Source of the DNA: Macrostomum lignano
Taxonomy: Eukaryota
Length of the DNA: 64,000 nucleotides
NCBI GenBank assembly: GCA_002269645.1
Contig: NIVC01001991.1
Span: 45,569 to 109,568 of the forward strand
Reading direction: 5' to 3'
Below, piece after piece: positions 63,180 to 64,000 of this stretch. Under the pieces are notes generated by a model. That model did not search any database. It was not told where the DNA came from and saw only the letters and a program-made list of their open reading frames with translations. Made by a program: the position numbers and the translations under genes. Each line of letters begins with the position of its first letter. Positions within the stretch are counted from its first letter, which is position 1.

Positions 63180-63960
63180 CGAAATTCCCCAAGCTTCAAG
63201 ATCTTACACGAAATTCCCGTAGCTTCAAGATCTTACACGAAATTCCCGAAGCTTCAAGATCTTACACGAAATTCCCGAAGCTTCAAGATCTTACACGAAA
63301 TTCCGAAGCTTCAAGATCTTACACGAAATTCCCGAAGCTTCAAGATCTTACACGAAATTCCGAAGCTTCAAGATCTTACACGAAATTCCCGAAGCTTCAA
63401 GATCTTACACGAAATTCCCGAAGCTTCAAGATCTTACACGAATTCCCGAAGCTTCAAGATCTTACACGAAATTCCCGAAGCTTCAAGATCTTACACGAAA
63501 TTCCCGAAGCTTCAAGATCTACACGAAATTCCCCAAGCCAAGCCTCCCCCCCAAAATTCGATTCAATATCTTCCCCGAAATTCCCTGAGATTCAAGATCT
63601 TCCCCGAAATTCCCCGAGCTTCAAGATCTTCCCCGAAATTCCCCGAGCTTCAAGATCTTTCCCGAAATTCCCAAGCTTCAAGATCTTCCCCGAAATTCCT
63701 CGAGCTTCAAGATCTTCCCCGAAATTCCTCGAGCTTCAAGATCGTCCCCGAAATTCCCCAAGCTTCAAGATCTTACACGAAATTCCGCAAGCTTCAAGAT
63801 CTTCCCCGAAACTTTCCCAAGCTTCAAGATCTTCCGCGAAATTCCCCGAGCTTCAAGATCTTCCCCGAAATTCCCCGAGCTTCAAGATCTTCCGCGAAAT
63901 TCTCCGAGCTTCAAGATCTTCCCCGAAATTCCCCGAGCTTCAAGATCTTAGCGGAACTTT
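63180..63960. repeat. About 29-bp minisatellite
   Basis: CCCGAAGCTTCAAGATCTTACACGAAATT and variants. Confidence 0.93.
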
Positions 63961-64000
63961 CCCGAGCCCCAACTGTCTAGCCCAAAATCCTCAGGCCCAA

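Overview
Eukaryotic, intron-rich animal genomic DNA with no CRISPR, rRNA or true tRNA genes. GC-rich exons and minisatellite-filled introns resemble the flatworm Macrostomum; that species guess is inference only. Five spliced host genes were reconstructed by hand: 6-phosphogluconate dehydrogenase (minus, 7 exons, 2091-18138), head-to-head with mitochondrial ribosomal protein L20 (plus, 18623-23987), DAXX (plus, 25031-28480), a rhodopsin-class peptide GPCR (plus, 33736-44428) and the 3' part of an FNDC3-type FN3/tail-anchor gene (minus, 51103 to beyond 61710). Intron 2 of PGD holds a complete 10.4-kb CACTA/EnSpm transposon (5926-16299, 12-bp TIRs, TG TSD). Its transposase is split by a 3.07-kb non-autonomous Helitron, and its second gene begins with a CIDE-N-like domain, the most unusual observation here. 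Also present: a P-element-like remnant, several MITEs (one family appears to seed minisatellites), a permuted/deleted Ty3-gypsy unit, a CORE-type SINE and more than 25 distinct minisatellite arrays. All protein assignments come from motif recognition by eye, not database searches.
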